This document shows positions 11,649-23,980 of a stretch of DNA of 57,209 nt, one piece after another (the first letter of the stretch is position 1; each line of letters opens with the position of its first letter). The position numbers and the translations under genes are program-made. The notes beneath the pieces are model-generated. The model had not been told where the DNA came from and did no database searches. It worked only from the letters and a program-made list of their open reading frames with translations. The stretch comes from Catajapyx aquilonaris (lineage: Eukaryota), in assembly GCA_000934665.2 (NCBI GenBank), contig KZ538634.1, positions 1 to 57,209 of the forward strand, written 5' to 3'.

Positions 11649-13654
11649 TTAAGTTTACTACAACAATGAGGGAAATGTGGAAAAACCACAATACCTAGAA
11701 CCCATTACTTCTGTTTAGAGCTGTTTTGCAACAGAAACACAACAAATAGCCACAACGTTTGTAGACCACAAGGTACTCTGTCGCTGTTAACAATGCTACA
11801 GGTTGAACTCACCCTGACCTCCGTATCAGTGCAACAAACTGCTTTTCGACAGCCTCTTCAGAAGTCCACACATGCACAAATGGCATCCATTGCTCTTGTG
11901 AAGTATTGTGGTGATAGTTGAAGAACTTGAGACTATGGCTCTGTTTCATTCAGATCATGGAAAAGAAACTTTCAGGTGAATTTCATGGCTGTCAGTAATG
12001 CTTGCAGTGATATTCATGTATTCTACATTAAACCGCTATTCCACATTAGCCTAACTTACTCTAATGCACATAAAAGTAGCTCAGCAAAACTTTCTTAGAC
12101 TTAGTCCTCCAGCCCTCTTTCCTCTCATCGGCTTGTTTCTGGTGGGGTCCTCCTTCGCCCTGGCGAGTAGAGGGGGCGCTCCTGGCGGGGTCGACGAGGT
12201 GCAGGGGTGGTGCCTTACACGTCGGCGTGGCCAGGGCGTCCGGAGTAGTGGCTGGGGCGAGGGGAGACTTGGTTTTATATTTGCGTGCTTGATCTTCCTG
12301 CAGTTTGCCCTGGTTTGCCGACAGATGTGTTTGAAGTATGTGTATTTTAGGTTTTTAATTATGTGTGAATTTGACTGATCCGTGTCAGTGGACACTTTTA
12401 TGGCAATTGTATAGCCTGGTTTCCCCCTGCGGGGGTATGTGTGTAGGATGCTAATTGTTTTCTTTCGGGTGTTTTTATACACTTGGTGAATCCCAACCCT
12501 GTGAGGGACAGGTTGGCTAGTATTATTGTACGTATATTAAAATATACTTGCAATGTTAGTGTTTTATGGATTATGAATACTTATCTGCCCTGTTTTGCTT
12601 TAATTACATACATTATGCACATTATGTACAAGTATTATTGTATTGTACAATATTATGCATTGTACAATATATTATGTATTATACAATATTATGTATTATA
12701 TTATATGTATTAGTAATGCATTGTAACTGGATGTATGTACAGCATATAGTGTGTTTGTTTTGTTCATGTCATTATATACTTATCATAATGTCCTGTGTGT
12801 GTACCTGACCAGTCGCCAGCATTGTATCGGTCATATGAAATGGATAGGTGTAAATTGTATCACCTGGCCAAAGCTGCCTATCTATTCATTGGACTAAGCT
12901 GTGACGATTGTGTGTCATGTGCATGTGTAGTACAAGTGTCAGAGTGGAAGGAAAATTTATTTGCGCATAGTTTTTGTTGAAGTCTACTTCATTTTCATTA
13001 TAGAAATAACTAATATGACATTACTGTAACAGTTCATAACCCGGACATAATAACTGCCCATATTATTATACCAGTATATAGTAATTGTTGTTGTATTTAT
13101 TACAAATGAATCATCATCATCATCACTTTATACTTTCAAAGTTATCGTAATGGCACTGAAAACCATGTGGCTGTTGCATTGTACCAATCACAAATGGGAA
13201 TTAAACTTTTCCATGACAGAAAATGAATTTCTCCTTACCTTTTGTTCTGTTGCAGATGTGTGAAGGAGGAGCTCAACAGGTTGCTTTTTTACCTATTATG
13301 GCGGGTAAAAAAAGCAACCTTTATGGTGCGTAAGTATATTTTAGTAAAGTTTCAAACAACCGCCAGTGGATACGGTACTGTATCGCAGCTCCTCGTGTGG
13401 ACTCCGCCCGCCAGGCGGCTCTGAAAATCGGGCACGCGCAATCCAAGGCTAAAACGGCCAAGTGTCGCCTCCCTAGCTTGACTTCTCCCTGTCTTCACGG
13501 CCAATGTAGCCCAGGGGTGCAAGGAGGGGACAAAAATAGAGTTGCAACATGGCTATATAGGGCACTTATCACAATGGAACATAATTAAATCCGCAATTAA
13601 TTGTTTCAGTTGTTGAACGTAATTAAATCAGTGAATAAATTAGGTGGATATGTC

Positions 13655-14370
13655 GGGTTTAAATGGAAAAACCGGGGATAAGTGGAAGAAGCGGGAATAT
13701 TTGTTCAATTTGAAGTGTAAATTAGGGCGGTTTAAAAAAATGGAAGAACCGGTTGTACCGTATTTATTGCATAGTTTTAGGTGGAAATGAGGGCGACTTT
13801 TAAAGTGGAAAACCGGTGATTTTTGTCAAATTTTTAAGTGGAAGTGTCGGTTTTTAAGTGATAAAGAGTAAAACCGGTGATTTTTTTCTTCTATTTTAGG
13901 TGGGAATGAGGGTGGTTTTTATGTGGAAAACCGGCGATTTTCTTGGACCCGGCTTTTAAGTGGAAATGAGGACGGTTTTAAGTGGAAAACCGGTCAAGTT
14001 TTTAAGTGGAAGTGTCAATTTTTAAGTGGTAAAAACGAGAGTAAGAACAGGTGATTTCTTCTCCTGTTTTAGGTGGGAATGAGGGTGGTTTTTATGTGGA
14101 AAACCGGCGATTTCATTGGACCCGGTTTTTAAGTGGAAATGAGGACGGTTTTAAGTGGAAAACCCGGTGATTTTTGTCAAAATTTTATGTGGAAGTGTCG
14201 GCTTTTAAGTGGTAAAAACTAGAGTAAAATAGTCGATTTCTTCTCCTATTTTAGGTGGAAATGAGGACGGTTTTAAGTGGAAAACCCAGCGAATTTTTTG
14301 TCCTATTTTAGGTGGGAAAGAATGGTTTTGACGTGGAAAACCGGCGATTTTATTGGACCTAGTTTTTAAG
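13655..14370. repeat. Degenerate satellite-like array with TTTTAAGTGGAAA subunits and a 170-185 bp higher-order period
   Basis: TTTTAGGTGGGAATGAGGGTGGTTTTTATGTGGAAAACCGGCGATTT recurs at about 13895 and 14067; many TTTTAAGTGGAA subunits. Confidence 0.8.
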
Positions 14371-14384
14371 TTAAAATAGGGGGG

Positions 14385-14460
14385 CAGGTATGTTGGTCTA
14401 GTGGTTACGCCACTGGCCAGCCAAGTGGGAGGCCGGGGTTCATATCCCGTCCCCGTCACC
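14385..14460 (+). mobile_element. tRNA-derived SINE head or tRNA-Gly(GCC)-like pseudogene
   Basis: A box TGGTCTAGTGG (14394-14404), B box GGTTCATATCC (14437-14447). GCCAGCCAAGTGGGAGGCCGGGGTTC resembles the tRNA-Gly(GCC) core. Confidence 0.6.
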
Positions 14461-14944
14461 TCTGCTTGGCCGGGTCTTTTTCCGCTTTTCACGCGACATG
14501 CTGGGGCAGAATTGCACTCCCTACTCTGCCCAGGGCCAGGAGAAAAGGCCTGGTGTTTAAAGGGAGCATATGCGAACAAAGACACCCGGTCTCGGCAGCA
14601 CTCAGCCCAAGGACACCTAGCCTAAACGCACTCAGGCCAAGCTCCACTCGGTAACAAATGCTACCGGACTTTGCGTCACCCAGCCCAAACGCACCTGCCT
14701 CAAGATCTCCCAGCCCAGCCGCACCGAAGCTTTGCTTCACCCGGTTTAATCGCACTCGGACTTCGCCACACCCAGCCAAAGTGCACCAGTCCGAAGTGAC
14801 CACCTCCCTGACCGCCAATTTCCTTTACCGCCAACACACATTTTCCTTTACCGCCAAAAAGTCCTGACCGCCAATTTCCTTTGGCGCCACCAAACTGAAG
14901 AGGCCTTTGCTGCAATAAGATCCCATGCGGATAGCGTGGGTGTG

Positions 14945-15300
14945 GGACAAATTTGTGCCACATTCTTGGCCTACGTCAATCAGAAATGGCTAGTGAATGT
15001 GGGCCCCGAGGGCTTCTCAGTGTTCCAACTCCAGCGGAGAACGAACAACTCGCTGGAGTCCTTCCACGCGAGCTTGAGAATGATCCATCCTCACCCAAAC
15101 GCATAGAATTTCTTGGGTAAGTCAGGTGCAATTTTCCCCAACTAACCTTGGCACAAATCATGTAAAGCATGAGGCAATAATGAGTGACTGAAAAATGATT
15201 TGCCTGAAAGCGTGTAGGGATCACCACAAAATTAAGTGGCAATGTGGCATTCTTTCCAGAGCGATTGATGGCGACAGAAATGTCGCAGGCACAAGAATGT
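14945..15300 (+). pseudogene. MULE transposase C-terminal fragment with intron, interrupted by the Sailor-like element
   Basis: FLAYVNQKW..FSVFQLQRRTNNSLESFHASL..HPHPNA*NFL|GTAAG; acceptor TTTCCAG near 15259. Confidence 0.75.
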
Positions 15301-15303
15301 ATA

Positions 15304-17170
15304 TAGTCTGACCAGAAGCTAAAGAGAGCTGGTCGGTTTTTCCCATCACCCCAAATTCCCCCACCGCCACCCCACCACCTCGAAAATGCCCCAGTTCCCG
15401 ACAATCTTAATCCACAAAAAGGTTCGGAAAGGTCACAGTGTTGCCCATCAGTAGTACAAATCTTGGAACAGTGCCGTGCGGACGTGTACCATTCATTCAC
15501 TGCTGGTCATGGCTTGTGTCCCGGAGGTGGTGCTGGAATTCAACAATACTCCTCCTTCAACTCCCCCCAGATTGTGAAGGAAACATCAAGTGCAACTTTT
15601 GTGGCAGAGTGTACTATATACCGTTTGCTCGCAAACAGTGCTGGTGACGATGGAAGTTATCGGACTCCCACGAAAAAAAAAGTGCACCGAGAGAAAAAAA
15701 TCTTTGACAAGGTCGACGACTTCACCCGCGATCTCTTAAGAAGAACTGTCTATGGCATGTTCCTGAGGAATCAAGCTCCGACGATTGTTACCCTGCTAGA
15801 TGAGATCCGCGAAAAGACTGCTGCGACGCCCTATCCTTTCCCATATTGCAAAGAAACTTTGCGACTTTTGCTTCATTCCATGGGTTTCTCACACAAGAAG
15901 AGTCGCCGTATCAATGGTCGGGCAGAGTCACTGGAGATAGTGAGCTGGCGATATAGGTATGTCGTATATTGAAACTATTATCTAATATTACATTGGAATT
16001 ATCAGCGAATTATGTGTTATGACATTAGATCTAACCTGACTCCTTACTTGATATAGGTACATTGAAGAGGTGAGAATGTGGAGGGCATTAGGATACAGGG
16101 ATATATACTTAGACGAGACGTGGTTCGACACCCACACAGGAGTAATGAAGTGCTGGACAGACGATTCGGAAAACTGCTCTCCAGATTCCCGGGGGCAAGG
16201 GAGATCGCATAGTAATCCTTCACTGTGGAGGACAAGGAGGCTTTGTGGACGGAGCACTCTTCGTTACACATAAGAATATGCTGCATGCCCCAGCTGACTA
16301 CCGCGGGACCATGAATTCGACCATATTTGAAGAGTGGTTTCGGGATCAGCTCTGCCTAGATTGGAGGAGCCGACTGTCATAGTTATGGACAACGCCAGCT
16401 ACCACAGCCGTGTCAAGAATCCACGACCAACGATGGCGTGGAAGAAAGAGGACATCATCAAATACCTGGACAAAAATGGAATCCCCCGTCCTGTTCCTCC
16501 CGAGACTAAGCCGCGTTTACTGTTAGCGGTCCACAACCACCATGGCATCCCTAAGAAGACTCATGTGGTGGACGAACTGGCGCTTAGCTGTGGACATGTG
16601 GTTTTTCGCCTACCGCCATACCATTGCGTCTTGAACCCTATTGAAATGGTGTGGTCGGAAGTAAAGCGGAGAGTGTCATCCCACAACATCAAGAGGCAAT
16701 CTACGGCAAAAGTCGTGGAAATACTCGAGGCCAGCCTGCAAGAAGTCACGCCAAAAAAGTGGGACAATTGCATTTCCCAAGTGATTACCATCGAGGATGA
16801 ATTCTTGCAGCTGCAACCAGCACTTGAAGGTCCACGCTTCCCCATCGTCATTAGTGGCGAAACTGACACAAGCTCGGAGAAAAGCGACGGTGAAGAGAGT
16901 AATTAGCGCAGTATAAATGATGATACTACTATCCCAAAAAGGTTTGAAAATATGCAGAGTATTGATATGTAAAGGGTGCCTTATTACAATTTCTTATACG
17001 TATAATGACCACAGATCCACAATTACGGCAACGTCTCCTTTTAAACTGACCTTTCCGAATCCTTTTGCGGATTAAGAATGTTGGGAACTGGGGCATTTTC
17101 GAGGTGGCGGTGGGGGATTTTGGGGTGATGGGAAAAACCCACCAGCTCTCTTTAGCTTCTGGTCAGACTA
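15304..17170 (+). mobile_element. IS630-Tc1-mariner element with DD84E spacing (Sailor-like), both TIRs present, frameshifted transposase
   Basis: Imperfect TIRs of about 130 bp starting TAGTCTGACCAGAAGCTAAAGAGAGCTGGT, TA flanks. IYLDETW, IVMDNASYHS, LPPYHCVLNPIEMVW with 84 residues between D2 and E. Intron 15957-16056; stop at 16906. Confidence 0.88.
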
Positions 17171-17699
17171 TAGATGTGCAAGTGCAGGCATTCCCATAAG
17201 ACGGGGAAGGGACCGGAACTGGATTCGCCAGGAGACAAACATCAGAAATCTTCAACAACGATTCAGCAGTGGGGAGTATGCGAACAGGCTAAAGGAATAT
17301 CTCCTCAGAGCATGCTACACGGTTCGATCATATTTGAATCAGCAAATAAACGGTAAGCATATAATCATTGAGGGTACTGGGACCTACCAGCATGTAAACA
17401 AAGTGCAGGATTGTTTCACACCTGTCTTTTATCCATCCAGCCCGGTGTGTCGCGGGGACATCAATCAATTTATAAGGGAGTTCTTCAGATAACTTAGTAT
17501 CAGAAGGTGGCGAGATTCAGCTGAAACCCCTGTGTTGTCCAATTTTGAAAAATCGCCTAAAATGAACATTTGCAATGTATCGGTTCGCCAAGCACAAATT
17601 ATCTTTGTTTCGGGCACAGTTTTTACTCCCGTACGCAATTACCAAGTCCACTTGGACGATCTCCCTCATACAGCCCCTTCTTCTGATGTATGCGGAAGA

Positions 17700-18910
17700 C
17701 CTCATCACGAACGCATGATGGCCGCAGCTCTTGTACAAGAGGGGATGACGTGTGGATTCATCTCGGACGTCCTCTATGACTTGCTGGTCTGGGGCAGGCC
17801 ACAAAGACCGCTTTGCATAGAGGATGTCCCTGGAGATGAGGCGACAAGAAACCAATTGGAGCAGGTACTTATTGTTGCTTCTCAAATTTTAGTAAAAGTA
17901 AGAGTGAAAGCCATGGTGATCTACACTGTAGGTTGAGAGAACTTGTACAATGGCTTCAGATGAAATGATTCAGCTGGCCAGTGCATGTGTGACCTTGCCA
18001 GTTTTGACGTCATCGTAGTACAACAAAATCGATTCTGTATTGCAATGTCATGAATTTCCCAGCATGCAGTGGGGCTTCTCTCCACTATAAAAGGCAGACA
18101 CAATTGTAACTCGAGGCCAGTTGGTCCTCCACTATGGGGCCACTGGTCACCCCCATTCCTACCCTCCATCATCCTGTATACCCCTACTCTCATTGTGAAC
18201 AACCGAATTAAAGAGGCTGAAAGCAGAACCCAAACTCTATTATGTGCGTATACCCTTTGTCACCCGTCATGACTACAGTCCTGGTGTTTCTTGTCGTTAT
18301 GTTACCATACGACTTGATCATCATTGGTCATATACGTACTACGTCACATAAATGTGGCGTCGGCTGTGGGTTACGTCACACTGCTGGCTATAGGAAGCCT
18401 CTCACATCCAATAACGTGCCAGAAATAATTTCTTGCATATTGGAAAACTATTGCGTAGACCGCATAATGGCTGGCATCCTGCAGTTTGCCAGGGGCCTTG
18501 CCTCACTAGGAGTTTTAGACATCATGAAGGCTCATGGTGATGCTCTCCGAGGCACTTTCTGTCGAAGGCCGGAGAAGCTCACAACAGAGTCCCTCCCGTC
18601 CCTATTTGAGGTGTTGTATTCTGATGAGGGAAACAATAACAGGGACCAGGAAGAAATTAGTGTCATTTTTTTCCAAGATTTCCTTGATGCTTGTATTATT
18701 ATTATTATTATTATTGGCATCAATAGAACTTTCATAAAGGAAAGAAGCGAAGCAAAAGAACCAGGGAAACTTGGAGATCCGCTGCGGTTTCCTACTGCTT
18801 CCACCTGCAGCAACAACCTGCGATTGCCCACATGGCATAAGTCCTATGAACCTTTTGCAGAGGATTTTGCCTTCGCAGTGATTAACTCACCATGTTTTGG
18901 TGTAGTATAG
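17700..18910 (+). pseudogene. G2E3-like HECT E3 ligase domain remnant
   Basis: MMAAALVQEG..FISDVLYDLL..IEDVP..|GT (17865); QFARGLASLGVLDIM..YSDEGNNNRDQEE..FFQDFL..TCSNNLRLP..FAEDFAFAVINSPCFGVV*. Confidence 0.8.
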
Positions 18911-21333
18911 GTGGCAAATTGTTTCTTTCTAGAGTCATAATAGGCTAATATCTTCTTTCCCGCTTTTGTTCTCCATTAGGCTACTCTGTCATTATTCTCT
19001 GCTGCATGTACAGATCAGTGCATCATGGGGAGGGGGTTCTAAACAGGTGCATCATTACGATTCGTTAAGTGTTTCATCCAAACTTCCCCCATGCTTCCAT
19101 GCTTTGACAATATTGCCTAAATAGGGAGGGATTATGCGGAGTAGTGGTCACTTAATTTAATGGTTTTTATCATGTTTATTGGTTGCATAATTACAATATT
19201 ACAATTACATATTACAATAATAGCGACTGACATCTCGGGATCATATGCTGAGAATTGAATGCATGGGACACGCAGTCTGCCTTCTTTCTTCCAGCCGAAA
19301 ATGAAAGCAAAAAAAAATACCACTTTTCATATATTTTTATCACATTTGTCATGAATCTGTACCAGAATTTGATATTATTTTATCACAGAACCGGACTTTC
19401 CTTTATGAAGTTAAAAAGTTGCATATTAAAAATTGGGTTTTTGAGATATTAATTTTTGAAATGTGCATGTTGTTGCATAAAAACAAAAATCACCGCAGTT
19501 GAAAAATTGGCATCTCACTTAATACAAATATATACCGAATTTCGATATAATTTTATAAAACAGGGCACTCAAAGAATCAGTTGTATTTTTCTTCCCACTC
19601 AACCTAGAAACATGATGCTTGGTTTAAACTGTACCTTAGTTCATGAGAATGTAACACAATTCTCAATAAATGCTGGAATTGACTCTCAATCAGTGACCCA
19701 TATACGCACGCGAACGTGACGCTACGCGAATTAGTTTATTATCGAAGGTCCTCCCATGGATATCGACATCAACAGTCCCGATTGCTGCACTGATGTTGCT
19801 TTCACAGTCTTCTAACATCAAAGCTTATTGCTGTAAGCACAACTCTTCAAATATGAGGATGAGGCCGCCAAAAGCGGCTATCTTCGCCGAAGCATATATT
19901 ATGAGGAAATGCCACTTTTGAAGTTACGAGTTGTGTAACTCTGAAAATTTGTAATTGTGATCATGTCACCATCAAGAGTTTAGGTACCGGTACCTATGTC
20001 ATGATTTGCGTAATTCAACAAAATCAGGCTCCTGTGGCATTTTTCACTCGGCTGCTGGTGGCAGTGGAAGCTGCGCTGGGCGATGTGTACCTATGGACCA
20101 GGCCCCTGCTGAGTAATGACTTGTGCCCCCAGTTGTCCTTGTGGGGGTGACCCCCCCTCCCCGTTGGGGGGCCTCGTCGTGTTTTTTTTAAACAGCCCCC
20201 CCTTTTTTGGGTAAAAAAAAAAGAACAAAAAAGAACAGAAAAAAAAGAAACGGAAAAATACTTGGACACCTGGACATAATTGGTGTTGGGGAGTGTGTCA
20301 CTCATTGTTTGTGTGTGTTTTGAGACGTTTACCCCCCCCCCTCTCTCCCCCTATGTTTGTNNNNNNNNNNNNNNNNNNNNNNNNNNNNNNNNNNNNNNNN
20401 NNNNNNNNNNNNNNNCCCCCCCCCCCCGGCGCTCTGGGCCTTTCGGTCGGTCGGCGCTGTGCGGTAGCTGGAAGGATGTTTGGAGACTCTTGGGTGTCGC
20501 CTAGCTGCCCCACCTTTGGACGTTGCCCTCTGCTCGACATGGACCCTGTCCCGGCCTTGAGGGTGGCTGGACTCCTGCCGTGCTGCGGGGACTGGCCCGT
20601 CCGTTACATTTCGCCATGGGTGCCCGGTGCGCGTCTCGTCGGGACTTTCCTTCTTTGCGGACCTCGGTGGAGGAGGAGCGGTTGGGTCGCTCCTAGCTTT
20701 GGGCTGCCCCGCTGTTATCCGGCTGCCCTGGCGCTGACCCCTTCGTCTGGTGGAGACCATTTTTCCTTTTTGCCTGGTGTGGGCGGGTGTGGATTCCCCT
20801 GCGTGTTCTCGCAGTTGGACGTTTGGGGGGGGGGGGGNNNNNNNNNNNNNNNNNNNNNNNNNNNNNNNNNNNNTTTTTTTGTTCCCCCCCCCCCCCTTCG
20901 CACTACTTTGCCCAAGTGTCTCGCAAGCTGATATATTTTTTCTTTTTCCCTGGATTTTGTATTTTGCCTTTTTTGCATTTTTTTTTCTTGTCTGTGTATA
21001 TCGCTCCTCATGGTCGCGAAGCTGGCGGAGGGGGCTATGTGGCATTGTTGCCCCCGATTGGGGTAGAGATTGTATTTCCCGCGCCTTCCCTAGGTTGGCT
21101 CCCCTGAAAAGTGGCGGTTGGTGACGGTGTGGGGAGCCGCCTAGCGGAGGGCAAGGGAGTGAGGGAGAAGCGAGTAAGCCGGAGAATAGGCCGGACGTGT
21201 ACCCAGGATTAAGAGGAATAAACGCGAGTTGTAAGGTCCACGTGAGTATTGCTTGAGTGGTCTTGTTTCCCTGTCTAGTTGGACGGGGCTTACCCTGAAA
21301 CTCCTTAACCTTTTGTCCTTTACACAGCTTTAA

Positions 21334-22528
21334 AGGGACACTCCACTCAAAAAACCAGTTGACCTCTAAAAATCAGGCAAAAAATCTTGAATCGGGTGAT
21401 ACCACGGGTTTTTTTCTACGGCGAACGATAATCCGATAAATAAATGGCAAAGTAGGCCGGCTGCAAACCCCCTGCCCCTCCACCCCCGGCGACACCTACC
21501 CCGGGCACCTGGCGGCTGCTTCAGGAAGTAGGGATCGTAGCCGCGCGGGTTTGAAATGCAGTTCGGTGGGATATTTCTGGCTGCTGCCAATACTGTCACG
21601 GAGGTGTTACTTTCCAGACCTCGCCTTTGCTTGGGTACCGGTGGGCTACATCTGTTGCTTACGCATCAGATCGCCATGACTAATAAAGGCCCGGAGGGAC
21701 ACATGTTTATGCTTAGCACTAGGGCAGGAGGTGGGTAGGTCCTACGCTTGTCATTTCTGGCTTTCATTCCGGCATATGGTGGAGGGCTCGGAAGCAAGTA
21801 GCATCATGGACGAGAAAGGCACGGAAAGGTAAGGACAAAAGGCCGTCATTCTGGGCAGTGTTTTGCTCCTCACCCTCGCACGGCTCGAATTGATAAGGGA
21901 GGAGCCCATGTGGACTGGGTCGGAGGCAGCCTGGAACTTCGGACTGTTCGGAGCTATCTCCCTCGGCAGCCTCCATGCTAGGTCGCGAACTATCCTTTTC
22001 CATTACCGTACATTCGGGCCCGACAGAATCGCTGGACTGCGCCATCTTGGAATAACCGCTACGCGATTGAGAATAGCAGCTAATATGTGTTAGGGCCAGA
22101 AGATTGCTAATGGCTCCGTTTCAATGACTAATTCCAATTTTACGGGGATCTGATGCGGCAGCAACAGAATGATGTAGCCCACCGGTACACAATTAGGAGC
22201 CAAGCAAAGGCGAGGTCTGGAAAGTAACACCTCCGTGACAGTATTGGCAGCAGCCAGAAATATCCCACCGAACTGCATTTTTTCAAACCCGCGCGGCTAC
22301 GATCCCTACTTCCTCAGGCAGCCGCCAGGTGGCGAGTACCCAACTTCCCCCGGGGGCCGCTGGTCAGGAGGGCGGCTCCACGCTCGATCAGAAGTCGAAT
22401 TTATTCCGACTTTCGCCTCTTCCCCTGTCATTACCGTTCGCCTCAGAGATAAACGGATCGCATTCTCGGAATCAGGATTCCTTGCCTGATTTTTAGAGGC
22501 CAACTTGTATTTTGAGTGGAGTGTCCCT
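21334..22528. mobile_element. Non-autonomous Kolobok-type element with long imperfect TIRs
   Basis: TTAA-AGGGACACTCCACTCAAAA...TTTTGAGTGGAGTGTCCCT-TTAA. Inner inverted arms at about 21508-21670 and 22150-22330. Minus-strand GLLPYQFEP motif. Confidence 0.82.
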
Positions 22529-22876
22529 TTAATGAAGGTGGAGTGCATCAGCTAAGATACCTATACTTTTAACTATACGGTACTTTCGAAAATATTAATT
22601 ACCGGTATAGATAATTTTATGTAGAGGTCATATGCTCATCATTTGAGACGTTCTACATAGTAAGCATATTTGGAAGTTCTTAGTGCTGTAGGTAGCTGAC
22701 GTGCTATCGATAATTTATTATCGATAATTATATATACACATTCCAGTGTATTTGCACAGTTTTTAATACTCAATCGCGTTTTATGTAAGCCTGTTCCATT
22801 ATTTCCACATTAATATTTACGTGAGCTTAATTTACATGGGATTAAAAATTTAATCACATGAATTGAAGATTAAATA

Positions 22877-22925
22877 CCGTCGAACAGGGTTACTTAAGCC
22901 GGGTGGGTAACTTAAGCCATTGTGC
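22877..22925 (+). mobile_element. Possible orphan pogo-like left terminus
   Basis: TA-CCGTCGAACAGGGTTACTTAAGCC followed by a second GGGTAACTTAAGCC; no partner end seen. Confidence 0.35.
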
Positions 22926-23344
22926 TGCGTAAATTTCGGACCACAGATTTTGAGTTGAAATGTTATTTTTCATGACATAAGTTCCATATTTAAGTGCAGT
23001 TTTGGACTGCATATTTGAATATTGTGTTTGTGTCAAAGGTAACTTTGTAAAATCTTAAATTATGTTTAGGATAATTGCATCATAAATTTATACCCTACGT
23101 AACTTTCATCGCCAACATCATCTGTTTGAATTTAATTCGCTATAAAGGTGATGAAACACAACCTGCAACAGTCCTTTTAAGGTAGTTATACTGCATAGCT
23201 TCAATTTCCATTTTGGTGTCAATATATACGGTACTTAAAAATTAATTGTTCCGTCATGTGCGGGGTAACATAGGCCACTTGTTCCAAGCCTGGCATGAAG
23301 TGCGGGGATTAGCTTCTGGGGGTCAGGAGAGTAGTTGCTAGGGC

Positions 23345-23514
23345 TGCGCGATTTCTCATGGATGGTACACATGGATCCGCATGGATGGTCCACATAGATC
23401 CACATAGGTCCACCTAGATCCACGAGGATGGTCCACGTGGATACGCGTGGACTTTTCGTGGCCGAAAAGTCCACATGAATCTATGTGGATGTCCATGTGG
23501 ATTTTTTAACTGGG
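23345..23514. mobile_element. EnSpm/CACTA-type terminus with subterminal repeats
   Basis: Many direct and inverted (G/A)TCCAC(A/G)TGGA motifs ending in TTTTTTAACTGGG (reverse complement CCCAGTT). Confidence 0.6.
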
Positions 23515-23750
23515 GTATACTTGGAGGAATCTGGTTTTTTGGCTGCCTCAAGTTCAACATCAAATTTTAAACAAAATGAATGGTCATTACGAGTTACAAG
23601 TGACCTAAGGAACATAGAAATAGCAATGAATTTTCATGAACAAAAAAGTCGATTTTTGTTGCATAGTGTTGTTGTGGTTTTTGTTGCTGTAGTAGTTGTA
23701 GTAGACTAGTCTTGTGGCTAGATTAACATATCATGTGAACATCTTTTCAC

Positions 23751-23980
23751 AGATATGTTTGGCATATGTGGTGATCGAATTTGAGCCACAGCCGGGGCAG
23801 AACGCGGCTGACAGAGAAGTTGCTGTGGTGCACAGTAATTGGCTGACTCCGAAGAAGAAGGAAGTATTTTGGCCACCTTATACAAGCAGCAGGGAACATT
23901 CAAGAAGGCTCTAACGAAGGGAGAAACGCCAGCAGCAAAGTGGACTCTGTACAGAATTAAAGATATACTATACAGCACAG
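23751..23980 (+). pseudogene. Exon of an EnSpm-associated accessory protein (N-terminal domain)
   Basis: YVVIEF..EVAVVHSNWL..VFWPPY../KALTKGETP..KWTLYRIKDILYST|GTATGA, bounded by splice sites. Confidence 0.55.

Noticed and set aside
11700..11950. RING finger upstream of the PHD on the - strand
   Set aside because: Cys-rich text (KRCGYLLCFCC) does not form a RING pattern in one frame.
13440..13576. Right TIR of the P element (...GCACTTATCACAATG)
   Set aside because: Plausible CA-type end with a short inverted match to about 6106-6117, but no left TIR or TSD to confirm it.
14385..14460. Functional tRNA gene
   Set aside because: B box is mutated and the acceptor stem does not pair convincingly.
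20024..21124. Several long overlapping ORFs
   Set aside because: They span N gaps (20361-20415, 20838-20873) and homopolymer-rich low-quality sequence; no motifs.
21128..21326. Solo LTR (TG...CA with AATAAA)
   Set aside because: No matching TSD, PBS or clear PPT.
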